Below are positions 1 through 12,835 of a stretch of 64,000 nt of DNA, piece after piece. The notes under the pieces were generated by a model. That model searched no databases, was not told the origin of the DNA, and saw nothing but the letters and a program-made list of their open reading frames with translations. Position 1 is the first letter of the stretch. Every line of letters begins with the position of its first letter. A program made the translations under genes and the position numbers. The DNA comes from Leucoraja ocellata (lineage: Eukaryota), in the NCBI GenBank assembly GCA_036785375.1, contig JAWMAR010000100.1:248001-312000 (forward strand), written 5' to 3'.

Positions 1-138
1 GAGTAGTTATTCTTGTCAGTGTTGTGTTGCAAAAGTCTTATTTATATTACAATGCATTTTTAGGAACCATGGGTTACAGTAATCCACAAATTTTGAACTT
101 CTTAAAGTTTCTTAAAATGGCCCATGATTGTATTTATG

Positions 139-688
139 GACAATAGACAATAGGTGCAGGAGGAGGCCATTTGGCCCTTCGAGCCAGCCATTCAATGTGA
201 TCGTGGCTGATCATCCCCAATCAGTACCCCGTTCCTGCCTTTTCCCCATATCCCCTGACTCCGCTATCTTTAAGAGCCCCATCTTGCTCTCTCTTGAAAG
301 CATCCAGAGAACCGGCCTCCACTGCTCTCTGAGGCAGAGAATTCCACAGACTCACAACTCTCTGTGTGAAGAAGTGTTTCCTCGTCTCCATTCTAAATGG
401 CTTACCCCTTATTCTTAAACTGTGGCCCCTGGTTCTGGACTCCCCAACATCGGGAACATGCTTCCTGCCTCTCGCGTTGTCCAAACCCTTAACAATCTTG
501 TATGTTTCAATGAGATCGCCTCTCATCCTTCTAAACTCCAGAGTGTACAAGCCCAGCCGCTCCATTCTCTCAGCATAAGACAGTCCCGCCATCCCGGGAA
601 TTAACCTTGCAAACCTACGCTGCACTCCCTCAATAGCAAGAATGTCCTTCCTCAAATTAGGGGACCAAAACTGCACACAATACTCCAG
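139..688 (-). mobile_element. CR1/HER1-type LINE, 5'-truncated 3' end (ORF2 C-terminus, 3'UTR, (TCTATTG)n tail)
   Basis: ORF 221..727(-) reads LEYCVQFWSP...RRMRGDLIETYKI...TRGHSLRI...FTQRVVSLWNSLP, typical of the CR1 ORF2 C-terminus; the tail appears as gacaatagacaatag on the + strand. Confidence 0.92.
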
Positions 689-1130
689 TATTGTAGGCTT
701 TTTTTTAACTAGATGGCACACAAACAAAAGCTTTTCACCTTATCCCGGTATACGTGACAATAATATACTAAACTAAAACTAAACTATGTGACAGTAATTG
801 TTTCATGTTTAAAAACATATATTGAACCACAATGCTAAGAAATGGTCAGGATTATGCAAGACCTAGCTCATGCCTCTTGTATGAGCTATTCTCCAATCTT
901 GACAATAGACTTGCTGTCGAACTTAGCCTTTGGGTTCTGTCTGTGTGGAAGATGAAGATGAATATTTCAGAACTGCCATAGAGATCCTAAAGTTGGTTTA
1001 CTTGCCCTTCCGCTAAATTTGACAGAAGTTGCAGAGGCATGGTTGATTGTTTTCTTCCAAATGTCCTGAAATCCCTGCAGATCTTAAGGCCAGCGCAGAT
1101 CATAATAAAACTAGTGTTATATTGAATGAA

Positions 1131-1217
1131 GGTACACAAAAATGCTGGAGAAACTCAGCGGGTGCAGCAGAAGGAAATAGGCGATGTTTCGGGCCGAAAC
1201 CCTTCTTCAGACTGATC
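1131..1217 (-). mobile_element. Penelope-like pLTR mini-element with hammerhead core, 12-bp TSD
   Basis: Reverse complement reads CTGAAGA AGGGTTTCGGCCC GAAACATC; flanked by atattgaatgaa at 1119-1130 and 1218-1229. Confidence 0.85.
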
Positions 1218-1792
1218 ATATTGAATGAAATCAAGATCACATTGAATGGCAAGCTTGAATGGCCTGGTGGCCTACTCTTGCCCCTATTTTTGTCTTTTTT
1301 TTGGTTGTAGGTAGTTATGGTCCAGGAAGCATGTAGGAGGCAGGGGTCATTGCTACCCAGTGGATCATGAGTTTATGACATTCTTCATCTTCAAATGTCA
1401 TTTCACCCCAATATATAAAAGTTGTGCTGGTATATTGTAAGCAGTGGCGAACTTCATAATTGATATCAGTAGTAGTTTTCAATATCTCAAGAGATTTTCA
1501 CCTAATAGTGTACTTTTGCAATTTAGACAGTGGTGTGAGCTAGCAACTGATCTTCAAACAACAATTTTGCTTATCATCTGCGTAAAGGATGTTAACGAGG
1601 TTTCCTAGTTCTTCAAAGTAGCACCAAGTGTTCATTTATATGAGACCTTCATCTAATGCCTCACCCAGAAAACTCAAGACATTCTAATGGATGTAATACA
1701 TTGTCTGAGAATAAAATATACTATTAACTCAGCTAAACACACCTTTCAGATACTATTTTGCAGTGGTAAAATTGAGTCTGTTATATTTTGCA

Positions 1793-2045
1793 TTAGGTGA
1801 GTTACAGATACACTATAGAAAGTACATTCTTGGGTTGCATCACAGCGGGGTTTGCGAACAGCTCTGCCCGAGACCACAAGAAAATGCAGAGTTGTGCAAA
1901 TTGCCCAGTCCATCAACCAGACCAAACTCCCACCACTGATTCCATCCATACCTCATGCTGCCTCAGAAAAGAAACCAAAATAATGAAAGACCTGTCCCAT
2001 TCTAGCCATTCCACTTCTCCTTGCTCCCATTGGGCAGAAGATATG
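1793..2045 (+). mobile_element. Degenerate Rex1/Babar-like LINE RT C-terminal fragment
   Basis: YRYTIESTFLGCITAGFANSSARDHKK resembles YRCTIESILTNCITVWYGN in the intact copies at 14.4 and 61.5 kb. Confidence 0.75.
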
Positions 2046-2149
2046 AAAATACATATTACTTTTACATTCGTACATCCATTCCTTGGTCAATTATTTTCCC
2101 AGATATTGAGTAAAATTCATCACAAAACTCAAACAAAACTCAATTTTTA

Positions 2150-2865
2150 AGATCTGAATGGCTCTTACCAGCTCTGACGTCACAATGCCCACATGCCGAC
2201 CAATCCAAGCCGCTTCTCTCTCTATCTTCATTTGGCAGCCCAGCTCTGCTCCACTCTCCCCCCCCCTCCCCCCCCGGCTCAAAGCCATGCCTCCCGCAGC
2301 TCCCACGCCCGCCCGTCCGCTCAGAGCCTCGCGACCCAATGTGGTCGCTTGAGGCGTACGGCCGCGTGGGGCCGGTCCCAATTCGAACCGCGGAGGCATA
2401 TGGTCCCGCCATCATACTCACCAATCAGCTGGACGGGAGGCGGGCTGACTGAATTTGTAAGTCGCATGGCGTCAGGCGGTGACGTCATCGCGCAACGCCA
2501 CGCACTAGGCATACAATGTCAAGACGCTGCGTACGCCCGTCGAGACGCTGCATACGCCCTCAATGCGCCTGCGGGCCGCCAGGCCGTTGGCGCGAGGGAT
2601 TTTCGGACAGTGCAAGATTTTTGGAGCCCATGTCGGGACCAGCCTCCCTGTTCCCCCTTTTCCTGTCCCCTCCTCCCTGTTACCCCCCCTCTATCTCCCC
2701 CTCCCTCTCACTCTCCCCCCCCCCTCTCCTCTCTGCCCTCACTCTCTATTCCCCCTCCCTCTCTGGACGCGCCTGTCCCCCCCTCCCTCTCTATCCTCCC
2801 TCTCTCCCTCCCTCTCTCCTCCCCCCCCCTCCCTCCCCTCCCCCTCCCCCCTCCCTCCCTCTTCT
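2150..2865. mobile_element. CpG-rich non-autonomous element (probably PIF/Harbinger-related) followed by C-rich low-complexity tract
   Basis: CpG-rich block in AT-rich surroundings; TIR-like ggggccggtccca (about 2368) and cgggaccagcct (about 2634) resemble the TIR of the MITE at 6775; polypyrimidine tract 2645-2865. Confidence 0.45.
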
Positions 2866-4494
2866 GCTTTGATATCCTGATTGGATGCGAGTTTGACGAT
2901 TGTATTTACGTTTAGTATTATACAAACTGATTTACACTGTATATCAGTACATTTGACAATAATAATCTAAACTTAAACCTAAACTTAATCAATTTCTTTA
3001 AGGTGATGGGCAACATGTTCACCTTTCATAGCCTTTGATAACTGTTCTGACCCAAAGGCTTCATCTCACATGCTCATTTCAGTGAATTTAAATTCAGAGA
3101 AAACACATGGATTATTTAACATTTGGATATTTTAATAGGTTGAAGTTCATATTGCAGCATGGAAAATGATAATGTGTTGAGTATAGTTCAAATAAAGCAT
3201 AAAATAAATTGAAATTTAATTGCGTACAAGGAAACAAAATGATTTGGGCAAGGGCTCCGCTGTGAATTGGAAGTGGAAGAATGGTACTGAATGGAAAATG
3301 CTGATCAAATTGCCAGGATTTTAGCTTGAGAACGTGGAAGAACACACATCTATTGCATTTGGCAACATATTTGTGTTAAATCTGTGAACATTTCTGTCAA
3401 CAAATTAAGGCATACTAGTCTGATTAAAAAACATCAATGCACCAAACTTCTAGACCATCCCATTATCCACATGCCCACTCCCTGCAGAAGGCATGTTGAA
3501 TATAAGGGCAGGCAGAGCACAAAATAAACTTTGTAAAACATTGGTGAGGTGACATCTGAACCAATGTGTGCAGCTCTGGTCACCACACTATAGTAAAGAG
3601 AAGGTGATTGTGCTGGACAGTGTGCAGAAGAGATTATTTGTAATTTCATTGAATTTTGATTTCTAAATTGTGATTTTTGATTGTGCAATGGTGGAAATTA
3701 TTACATTTCAGATAAATTAACAAAACTAAAATGAAATTATGAAGCAATGAGAGAAGAAGAAAACAAGATACACAAGTGATACACATGTACATAAATGGTA
3801 AGATTTATGCACATTTGACAACTGGGCAATGATTGATCTCACTTTGCATACAAAGCTCAGATACAGAGCACTTGAGTGCTTTCAGTTAGTATATAGTTGC
3901 CTAGAAATTCATCCACAGATGGTAGTTGTTAATGATTGCATGTTCTGTTCAATTACACTGAATTTTGGAGGCAATGAGTGACGTGCAAACATTACTATAT
4001 AGCAGATTTAGTGTTGTTGGCTGTGGATTAGTTTCTGGATATGCATCTTTAACTGTTTTAATTTTTAAATATAAATATCATTTATTTGCTTCTGTTCTTT
4101 GCGAACAGTGACTTACTGCAAAATAGTATAGTGGGTTTTGGATACCTTCCCTAAAAACTCATCCAGTTCTTCCAAAAAATAAAAAAAATCACATTATCCG
4201 TTACAAACTTGGACCAGTAAGCAAAGTATGATATATGAAATTAGGTTTCACGGAATGCTGTTTATAAACATTGAGACTCGTAGCAAGGTCCATTTGCCAT
4301 CAATCTGCACAATCAAGTGAAGAAGCAGGAATTTACTGAAGATCCCAGATACAAGCAGGAGCTACATCCATCCATTCACTGGCTTGACAATTGAATGAAT
4401 CTCAGAAGTATATATTTCATAATTAAATACGATTGCTAATCACAGAAGACTGTAAAACATCAGCATGCTCTCAGAAACTGCAAACACCCGTTTC

Positions 4495-4795
4495 ATAGTC
4501 AGATAGTGATGCAGTGTACAAACAGGCCCTTCGGTTCAACTTGGCCGCACCGGCCAACATGTCCCAGCTACAACCCTCCAAATCTATCCCATTCATGTAC
4601 CTGTCTAACTGCTTCTTAAATGTTGGGATAGTCCCTGCCTCAACTACCTCCTCTGGTAGCTTGTTCCATACATCCACCACCCTTTGCGTGAGAAAAGTTA
4701 CCCCTCAGATTCCTATTAAATCTTTTCCTCTTCACCTTAGACCTGTCCTCTGGTCCTTGATTCACATTCTCTGGAGATGAACCTCTGTGCATCTT
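4495..4795 (-). mobile_element. CR1-like LINE 3' end (second subfamily)
   Basis: VDVWNKLPEEVVEAGTIPTFKKQLDRYM; same subfamily as 26705-27105. Confidence 0.85.
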
Positions 4796-5364
4796 TTAAC
4801 AAGGCCAAGCTCTGAAAGCCCTGCCTGTAAGACTCCCTGGTGGGACAAACAATCACGTAAGATTAGTCGTGTCTATTGCTTGCAGCCAAGCAATCAATGT
4901 TAAGTGTTTCTATCACACGTGTGGATTTGGGAATGGCAATGCTTTAAGCAGTCCGTGTGGACAGAAGTGACTCATTCTGCCCTTTAAAGTGGCAGTCACA
5001 GATGAGTAAACCTCTCACATTATATGTTTTTAGAAACCAAAATTAAAAAGTCCCCAGCAAAAATACAACTTAAAGCTCCCAGCAGTAACATTTTAAAACT
5101 TAAGAGTAATCCAGTGTGATGCCCCACCAGTCAGACAGGTATTATTAACTCTCAAGTTTCTGACACATGGGCTTTCATTAACAGAGCACAGTTTAAATGA
5201 AATTACTTTCAAAGATGCCAGCTTGTTGAAGCAGAACAGCAAGATAACGCATTCATTCTAAAGCCAGATTTATGGAAGTTTCCCCCCATGAATTCATAGA
5301 ATAGAAAGGGAGATAGATGTTGCATTTATGAACAAAGCAATGGCTGATGCAGTTCACGCTGGGC

Positions 5365-6210
5365 ATGTGTGGGATGTTGCACTTTGGGAGGTTGTTATAT
5401 AGGGAGAAAGTATACAGTTAAAGGAAAGACTCTTAACAGCATTGATGTACCAAGGAATCTTGGGGTCCAATTCTATAGCTCCCTAAAGGAGATGCTTTAT
5501 AGATGCTCCTGACTTCATTGGTCAGGACACTGCGTATGAGTCGGCACATCATGTTGCAGCTTTTTACAAATTTAGTCAGGCCATATTTGAAGTATTGTGT
5601 GCAGTTCAAGTCTTGATAAAGAAAGAATCTGGAGAAGGTGCAAAAGAGGTTGTCCCTGACTCTCAGTTTGAAGAAGGGTCATGAGCCAAAACTTCACCCA
5701 TTCCTTCTCTCCAGAGATGCTGCTGTCTCACTGATTTACTCCAGCACTTTGTGTCTCTTTACATGGGTGCTGCCTGTATTTCAGCAGATTAGATATGGGG
5801 AGAGGCTGGACAAACTTGGCACATATTTTCTTGAGTCTTACAGATGAGGGGAGACCTTATGAAAATGTATGAAATGATGAAAAGTGTAGATAGGGCAGAT
5901 GGTCAGATTCTTTCTCCCAGGGTGGAAATGTCAAAAACTGGGGAGGTAGCATGGGTCTTAGGTGGGAGAGGGGAAGTTTAAAGATGTGCAGGGCAGGATT
6001 GAGTGATAGATGTGTTGAGAGCACTGCCAGGGGTAATAGTGAAAGTACAATAGTGGCGTTTAAGAAGCTTATAGATAAGCACATGAATATGCAGGGTGCA
6101 GAGGGATGTGAATCATGTGTAGATAGAAGGGATTCGTTTAAGATGTGATCATGTTCAGCACAGACATCATGGGCTGAAGGTTCTGTTCCTGTTCTATATT
6201 CTATGTCATA
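5365..6210 (+). mobile_element. Degenerate CR1-like LINE 3' part with a nested decayed Penelope pLTR (about 5655-5760)
   Basis: Recognisable gaagtattgtgtgcagttc, gaggggagaccttat and 3'UTR; nested tttgaagaagggtc...ccagagatgctgc. Confidence 0.75.
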
Positions 6211-6289
6211 CATATGTACAATTGGTTTTTTCCACAGCCTACCTGCTTGACCAAAATAAAATCACTATTATTTTGTCATCATTGTTGTG

Positions 6290-6770
6290 ATGCAAGTTTC
6301 TTCAGACAGAGTTGACCAACCACATTAACGCAATGGCTATGAAAGCACACCAGCACCTCTACTTCCTCAGAAGACTAAGGAAATTTGGCATGTCTCCAAT
6401 GACTCTTAGCAACATCTACAGATACACCATAGAAAGCATACTACGAGGATAAATCACAGCTTGGTTTTGCAGCAGCTCTGCCTAAGATTGCAAGAAATTA
6501 CAGAGTATTGTGAATGTAGCCCAGTCTATCACACAGACCAACCTCCCCCCTATTGACTTCATCTATATTTCAAGCTGCCACAGAAAAACAGCCAACGTGA
6601 TCAAAGATTTGTCCCACCCTGGTAATTCCCTCTTCTCTCTTCTACCATCAGGCAGAAGATACAAAGCTTGAAAGCACATAACATCAGTTTTAGGAATAAC
6701 AGATTTAGGATTTAAGAATACACCAGTGTTGTCAGACTACTGATTACATCCAATAAACTAGGATGTAATC
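6290..6770 (+). mobile_element. Degenerate Rex1/Babar-like LINE 3' fragment, interrupted by the MITE
   Basis: aaagcacaccagcacctctacttcctcagaagact (KAHQHLYFLRR) and cagatacaccatagaaagcata motifs; 3'UTR-like sequence resumes after 7580. Confidence 0.8.
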
Positions 6771-6774
6771 CTTA

Positions 6775-7577
6775 AGGCCTGTCCCACTAACACGACTTTA
6801 CAGCGACTGTCTTCGCCCTTCGAGCTCGAGGGCACTCGCCTGAAAAACCTTGAGCTGGATCGACCGTCAGCAATGAAACCGTGAGCCGACTGCACACACA
6901 CACATACACACACAAACACATCGCAAAGGCGGGGGCCAGGGAAAGTGGGGGAGAGTTGTTTAAAATACTTACCCGCGATGAACAGGATGGTAAAAGACAT
7001 AGAAAATAGGTGCAGGTGGAGGCCATTTGGCCCTTCAAGCCAGCACCGCCTGACTGCCGGCACAGTTATGGTAAGTCCTTTAGAGAGCATGGAGAGGGGG
7101 GAGCGGGGGTGGGAGAGAGAATGGGAGAGAAGGGGAGAAAGGGGAGAAAGTGGGGAGAGGGGGGAGAATGGCGGGAGACACTTTTAAGAAGCCAGACAAC
7201 TTTTAATAAAATTTAGCGGGCATTTAACATTACCGGTCGGTTTACTTACCTTTTCTTCTCAACGAGCTTTACCTTCGATTATTTTCGATTGCCTTCGATT
7301 ACCTACGATAGTATTACAACCTACCACGACTAAACCAATGAGTAAAAAAATATGGATTTTTTCCATGGCGACCTGTTTTTACTCATGGACATTTTTCAGC
7401 ATGTTGAAAAATACGCCGCAACCTAGCTGAGGCCTTTGAGTACAAGGGGACTACTCTTGAGCAGGAAGGAGAGTTACAAAGACCTCCCAGGACCTCATGC
7501 CGACCATGCTGCAAGTATGAGTCAAGGGAAAACTCTTCTAAACTCGCCAAATCGGTCGCTGCAATGGGACAGGCCCT
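6775..7577. mobile_element. PIF/Harbinger-type MITE
   Basis: TIRs aggcctgtccca / tgggacaggccct flanked by TTA on both sides (TWA TSD); no ORF; a short CR1 tail is nested at about 6997-7050. Confidence 0.8.
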
Positions 7578-7721
7578 TTATCTTCAAACCTACCTCATTG
7601 TGGACATTTTCTTTCTAATTAATACTCTGTATTGCAGTAACTGTATATTCTGCCCTCTGCATTTTTCTCTTTCCATTACCTGGTGTACTTGTGCATGGCT
7701 TGATTGTACTCTTTTTAGATT

Positions 7722-8140
7722 TACATAGAAATATAGAAACATAGAAATTAGGTGCAGGAGGAGGCCATTCGGCCCTTTGAGCCAGCACCGCCATTCAATA
7801 TGATCATGGCTGATCATCCAACTCAGTATCCTGTACCTGCCTTCTCTCCACACCCCCTGATCCTTTAGCCACAAGGGCCACATCTAACTCCCTCATAAAT
7901 ATAGCCAATGAACTGGCCTCAACTACCTTCTGAGGCAGAGAATTCCAGAGATTCACCATGTTTTTCTCATCTCGGTCCTAAAAGATTTCCCCCTTATCCT
8001 TAAACTGTGACCCCTTGTTCTGAACTTCCCCAACATCGGGAACAATCTTCCTGCATCTAGCCTGTCCAACCCCTTAAGAATTTTGTAAGTTTCTATAAGA
8101 TCCCCCCTCAATCTTCTAAATTCTAGCGAGTACAAGCCGA
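7722..8140 (-). mobile_element. CR1/HER1 LINE 3' fragment
   Basis: LGLYSLEFRRLRGDLIETYKILKGLDRLDAGRLFP; catagaaa tail repeats. Confidence 0.9.
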
Positions 8141-8279
8141 GATTTGACTGATAGCATAATAAAACAAAGCTTTTTACTGTCTCAATACGTGATAAGAATA
8201 AACCAATACCAGTGCCACTGGGTTCATCATTTAGGCTCATTCCTTGCAGCATGAATGAAGATTTTTTAAACAGACTCTG

Positions 8280-9465
8280 TTAAGTTCATAAGGTCATAAG
8301 TGATAGGAGCATAATCAGGCCAACCGGCCCATCAAGTTCACTCTAACATTCAATCATGGCTGATCTACCTCTCCCTCTTAATCCCATTCTTCTGTCTTCT
8401 TCCCATAACCACTGACACCCTTACAAATCAAGAATGTATCTATCTACTTTAAAAAATATCCATCGAATTGGCCTCCACAGCCTTCTGTGGGAAAGGATTC
8501 CACAGATTCACCACCCTTTGACCAAAGAAATTCCTCCTCATCCCCTTCCTAATGAAACATTCTTGAATGACCTCTAGTCCTAGATTCTCCCACTCATGGA
8601 AACATCCTCTCCACATCCACTCTATCCAAGCCTTTCATTATTCAGTATTAGATTAGATTAGATTAGATAGCCTTTATTGTCATTCAGACCGAAGTCTGAA
8701 CGAAATTGCAGCAGTCATACATATAATACAATAAAAACAACAATAAACACATATTAACATCCACCACAGTGAGTCCACTCAGCATCTCCTTACTGTGATG
8801 GAGGCAAAAGTCTTAGGTCTGCAGTCTCTTCCCTCCTCTTCTCCCTCTGCACTGAGGCGATACTCCCCCGGGCGATGTTATAAATCAGTCCCGCAGCTCA
8901 ATCACCGCGGCCCGGGGTGGTCGAAGCTGCCGCCCACCAGTCCTGCAGACGCAGCCGCTGGCCCGCGGCCGAACCCCGGACTCAGGCCACCACCGCCAGA
9001 ACACCGTCCCAGCCACCCTCACGTGAGTACCGCACCATCTTCAGCCTCGGGCTGGGCCACCCCGACGTGTTTCAATGAGGTCCCCCCTCATTCTGCTAAA
9101 CCCCAATAAGTACAGGCCCAGCTCTGTCAGACGCTCATCATAAGTTAACCCACTAATTCCTGAGATCATTCTTGTAAACCTCCACTGGACCCTCTCTAGG
9201 GGACATACATCCTTCCTCAGATATGGTGCCCAAAACTGCTCACAATACTCCAAATGCGGCCTAACCAGCACCTTATAGAGCCTCAGCATTACATCCCTGT
9301 TTTTGTACTCTAGCCCTCTTGAAATAAATGCTAGCATTGTGTTTGCCTTCTGTACTACTGATTCAACTTGCAGATTAACCTTTTGGGAATCCTGCACTAG
9401 CTCTCCCAAATCCCTTGGTGCCTCCAATTTCTCGATTCTCTCCCTGTTTAGAAAATAGTCTAACT
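8280..9465 (-). mobile_element. CR1 LINE 3' fragment split by the insertion at 8647-9067
   Basis: ORF 9041..9427(-): RDLG...ANTMLAFISRGLEYKNRDVMLRLYKVLVRPHLEYC; the 3' part resumes at 8645. Confidence 0.85.
8647..9067 (-). mobile_element. 5'-truncated GC-rich non-coding retro-element with (TCTAA)n tail
   Basis: attagattag tail, tttattgtcattc, and the hairpin motif aacatccaccacag...ctgtgatggaggca shared with the elements at 35.7-38.2 kb. Confidence 0.65.
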
Positions 9466-9539
9466 ATTTTATAAAATAGTTAACTTCACAACGGTGACAA
9501 AGCTAATGTTGCAAAGGGGACAAAGAGGGTTACAAACCA

Positions 9540-10005
9540 CTATAGGTGGATAAAGCTATGCTGCAGTTGTACATGATGTTGATGGGGCAGCACCTGAAGT
9601 ATTATATTTAGTTTCGGTTTCGCTGCTAGAGGAAGGAGGCCATTAAACTGGAAAGAGTACTGAATAGATTTTTGAGGATGTTGCCAGGATTTAAGGGGCT
9701 GATTTAAAAGGGGAGAGGTTAAGTAGGCTAGGCCTTTACTCCTTGGAGCGTAAGAGACTGTGGGGTGACCTTATAGGGGTGCTTGAAATCACGAGAGGCA
9801 TAAAAAGACATGCACACAATTTTTTCCCAGAATTAGAGAATCAAGAAATAAATGGCATAGGTTTAAGGTTAGTGAGGACATTTTTACTGGCAACTGAAGC
9901 GGCAACTGTTTCCCACGGAGGGCGGTATACATGTGGAACAAGCTGCTACAGGAAATGGACAAATTGGGCCAAATAACCTGTCTCCCATTCTGTATTAGTC
10001 TATGT
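9540..10005 (+). mobile_element. Degenerate CR1-like LINE 3' fragment
   Basis: ERKRLWGDLIGV; aggatgttgccagga and ttggagcgtaagag motifs. Confidence 0.7.
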
Positions 10006-10169
10006 CTACAAACTGCGAGCCTGTTATATTATTCTGAATAAAAGAAAAAAAAGTGTAACTGGATTATGCTATACAATCCTCCATATATTTCTCCATATTA
10101 AAATCTTTCCTTTAAAATCTTTGTATTGCTTTTTCCTCTCACAAACTCCATAACTTTCTTTGTCTTTGC

Positions 10170-10445
10170 TGCATCAATTAATTTTAGTCCATTGTGAAGC
10201 ACCAATAATTCTGCGCCCCACCACTGATGACTATGCCTTTTCTTGCCCTGGTTCTTGAATTCCGTCTCTAAACAACTCTGCCTCTCCGCATTAAAATGCT
10301 TCTTTAAAGCTAATTGTTTGGCCAAACATCTGGTCAATGGTCGTAATGCCTCCTTAAAGGAGTTGTTAAATAGTTTGCTTGTTATCGCGTTGCAAAGGGC
10401 ATTGGCATGCTCTACCATAAAACGTGGTTGCCCATTTGTAAATCA
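10170..10445 (+). mobile_element. Ancient L2-like LINE 3' end (highly decayed)
   Basis: Residual similarity to recalled L2 3' ends (tggaattccctccctaaac / cttaaaacc...ttgaccaagc...ggtca). Confidence 0.35.
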
Positions 10446-11134
10446 ATTATTGTTCATGTTACAGGCTATGTGGATATTTTAGGACTCCTCTTGTTATTTC
10501 CTCATTCATGATGGTTTACATGCTGCCGGAGGTTTAATGTTGCTGATTGAAGTTTGCTGGGATAGAAGAGGAGTGTATATTGTCACTGAAACTCATTTGA
10601 GGAAATGCATTGGAAACAGAGATTAGTTGTTTCTTAAAAAGTAAAAAGCCCAGAGGAAGGGTAGCAACAGGTGGGTATTACTATATTTCTTTACTGCTTC
10701 AAAGTTCTAAGTAAAGGTAAAGATAGCATATTGTAGTGGATTTTGCTTACAATGGAATAAAACCCCAAGCATAATCAGTTACTCTTTTTAATTAGTGCTG
10801 TTGTGATCCAAAGGTAATCCACAGTGAGAGAATTTGACCATATGATATATTCCTCCTGGGCTATGGGGGAAATCAGGGATAATTTTAGTGTTCTTGGTGT
10901 TCAGCCATATGGCATTCGTGAGTTATAGATTTAAGGTGAGGAAGAAGAGAGTTAGAGGGGATCTGAAATCATATTTCTCCACCCAGAGGATATTTGCCAT
11001 CTGGGACACATTGTCTGAGAAGGTGCTGAGTCAGATACTCGAATCAAGAGTCAAGAGTGTTTAATCGTCATGTTTATCAAACACAGAATAATTAAATGTT
11101 TACTTGCAGCAGCATACAGGGCCTGCAAACACAA

Positions 11135-11205
11135 TAGAAATAGATAGAACAAATAGATAGGTAGATAGATAGATGGATAGAATATATAGATATAGATAAT
11201 ATATA
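11135..11205. repeat. (GATA)n-type degenerate microsatellite
   Basis: atagatag repeats seen directly. Confidence 0.85.
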
Positions 11206-11528
11206 ATAAAAACATTATAAATTAATAACCACAATACATGAACACTCAACCACAAAAGCAATCAATAAATTACTCCCAGAACATTTAAACAGCATCTGGC
11301 TGAGCACTTGACTTGCCAAGGCATAGAAGACCTGCACCAAAAGCTGGTAAATTGAATTAATATAGATAGATACATGATGATCAGCATGACAAAGATGGGC
11401 TGAATAGCCAGTTTCTATTCTCTATTTATCTGTAACTCTGTGAAATGCTTTACCTCTAACTTGTCCCAGACATGATGGAAGTCATTGACCTGAAACATTC
11501 ATTGTTTTTCTCCACATTTGCTGCCTAA

Positions 11529-11830
11529 AACCCCTGTCTCAAGGTGTGAGTCCACCCACGAGTGATACCGAGTTAAAAACAAATCAAACTCGTGGTAATC
11601 ACGTAGAATTAACGTAGCGGGAACATCGGAACTAGTGGACACAACTTAGTGACTCGTAATGCTAACGGCAGGTACTCGGTAAACTTGTTAACTCGTGAAA
11701 ATTTTTCAACATGTTGAAAGATTTCCATGTCAAATTTACTCTTGAAGCAAAAATTTGAAACGTTTAAAGTCGTTGCAATACCATAGTAGCCCGTGAGTTT
11801 ACCATAGTGACTCGTGAGTAACTCGTGGGT
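11529..11830 (+). mobile_element. Harbinger-type MITE, left portion
   Basis: Starts aacccctgtctca; ctcgtg sub-repeats; the first about 65 bp are the reverse complement of 14380-14444. Confidence 0.6.
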
Positions 11831-12250
11831 TTGGCCTGAGTGCCCAAAGTGAAATGTTGAGGATTAGTCAGAACTTAATGGAAAATTTTACATTGATCTA
11901 ACAATTTATTTTCAGTGAGTAATGCCTTTCAATGATTGATGCCAGACCTTGAACAAATGCAGTTCAAATGGACACCCATTGCCTTAGCACAGCATGCCTT
12001 TTAGTATTACTAACTCCAAGGGAAGGGCACTGATCAGTTTTAGTGATGCAGCTCAATCAAACCAAACATTCAAAGCAGGACAATGTTGAGTTGATGCAGC
12101 TTCATTGAGTTGTCCTGGTTTTCTTTGGAAAGCAAGTTAAGCCTTTCACAGATGCAATCTTAGTGTGGTTCATCTCAAGTTAAAGAGTCAAATGCAACAA
12201 GTCTAAACAATTTTGGAAGGATTGTTTCTTGAAACAAACTGCTCTAAAAT

Positions 12251-12525
12251 TTTGAAGGAAGGAATTGCAGATACTAGTTTAAACCAAAGATAGACACAAA
12301 ATGATGGATTAACTCAGCTGGTCAGGCAGCATCTCTGGAGAAAAGAAATAGGTGATGTTTCGGGTCGAGATCGTTCTTCAGGCTGGGTCTTAGCCTGAAG
12401 AAGGGTCCTATCCCGAAACATCATCTACTTCTTTTCTCAAGAGATGTTGCTTGGCCCGTGGAGTTACTCGAGCATTTTGTGTCTATCTTTGGTTTAAACT
12501 AGCATCTGCAATTCCTTTCTTCAAA
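12251..12525. mobile_element. Head-to-head inverted pair of Penelope-like pLTRs (about 275-bp palindrome) with a hammerhead core on each strand
   Basis: Arms tttgaaggaaggaattgcagat...ttcttcaggct / agcctgaagaa...atctgcaattcctttcttcaaa, centred near 12388. Confidence 0.85.
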
Positions 12526-12658
12526 CTTCCTTCCTTCAAACATCACCGATTCCTTTTATCCAGAAATGTTGCGTGACCCGTTGAGTTAACTCGGCAGCTG
12601 GACAGAGAAGAAAAGGTGAGTAATAAAAGGTGAGTGAATGCATTCCTGGTTGAATAAG

Positions 12659-12835
12659 TGTAGAAAGGAACTGCAGATGGTGGTTTAAACCGAAGACAGG
12701 CACAAAAAGCTGTAGCTCAGCGGGTCATGCAGCATCGCTGAAAAAAAGAGTCTCGACCCGAAGCGTCACCTATTCCTTTTCTCCGGAATTGCCGTCTGAC
12801 CCGCTGAGTTACTCCAGCTTTTTGTGTCCATCTCT
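12659..12835. mobile_element. Second inverted Penelope pLTR pair (partial)
   Basis: ggaactgcagatg...ctcagcgggtca followed by tctcgacccgaagcgtcacc...gacccgctgagttactccagc. Confidence 0.75.

Noticed and set aside
2193-2915. 240-aa ORF and overlapping ORFs
   Set aside because: GC-rich repeat plus polypyrimidine tract; no domain signature.
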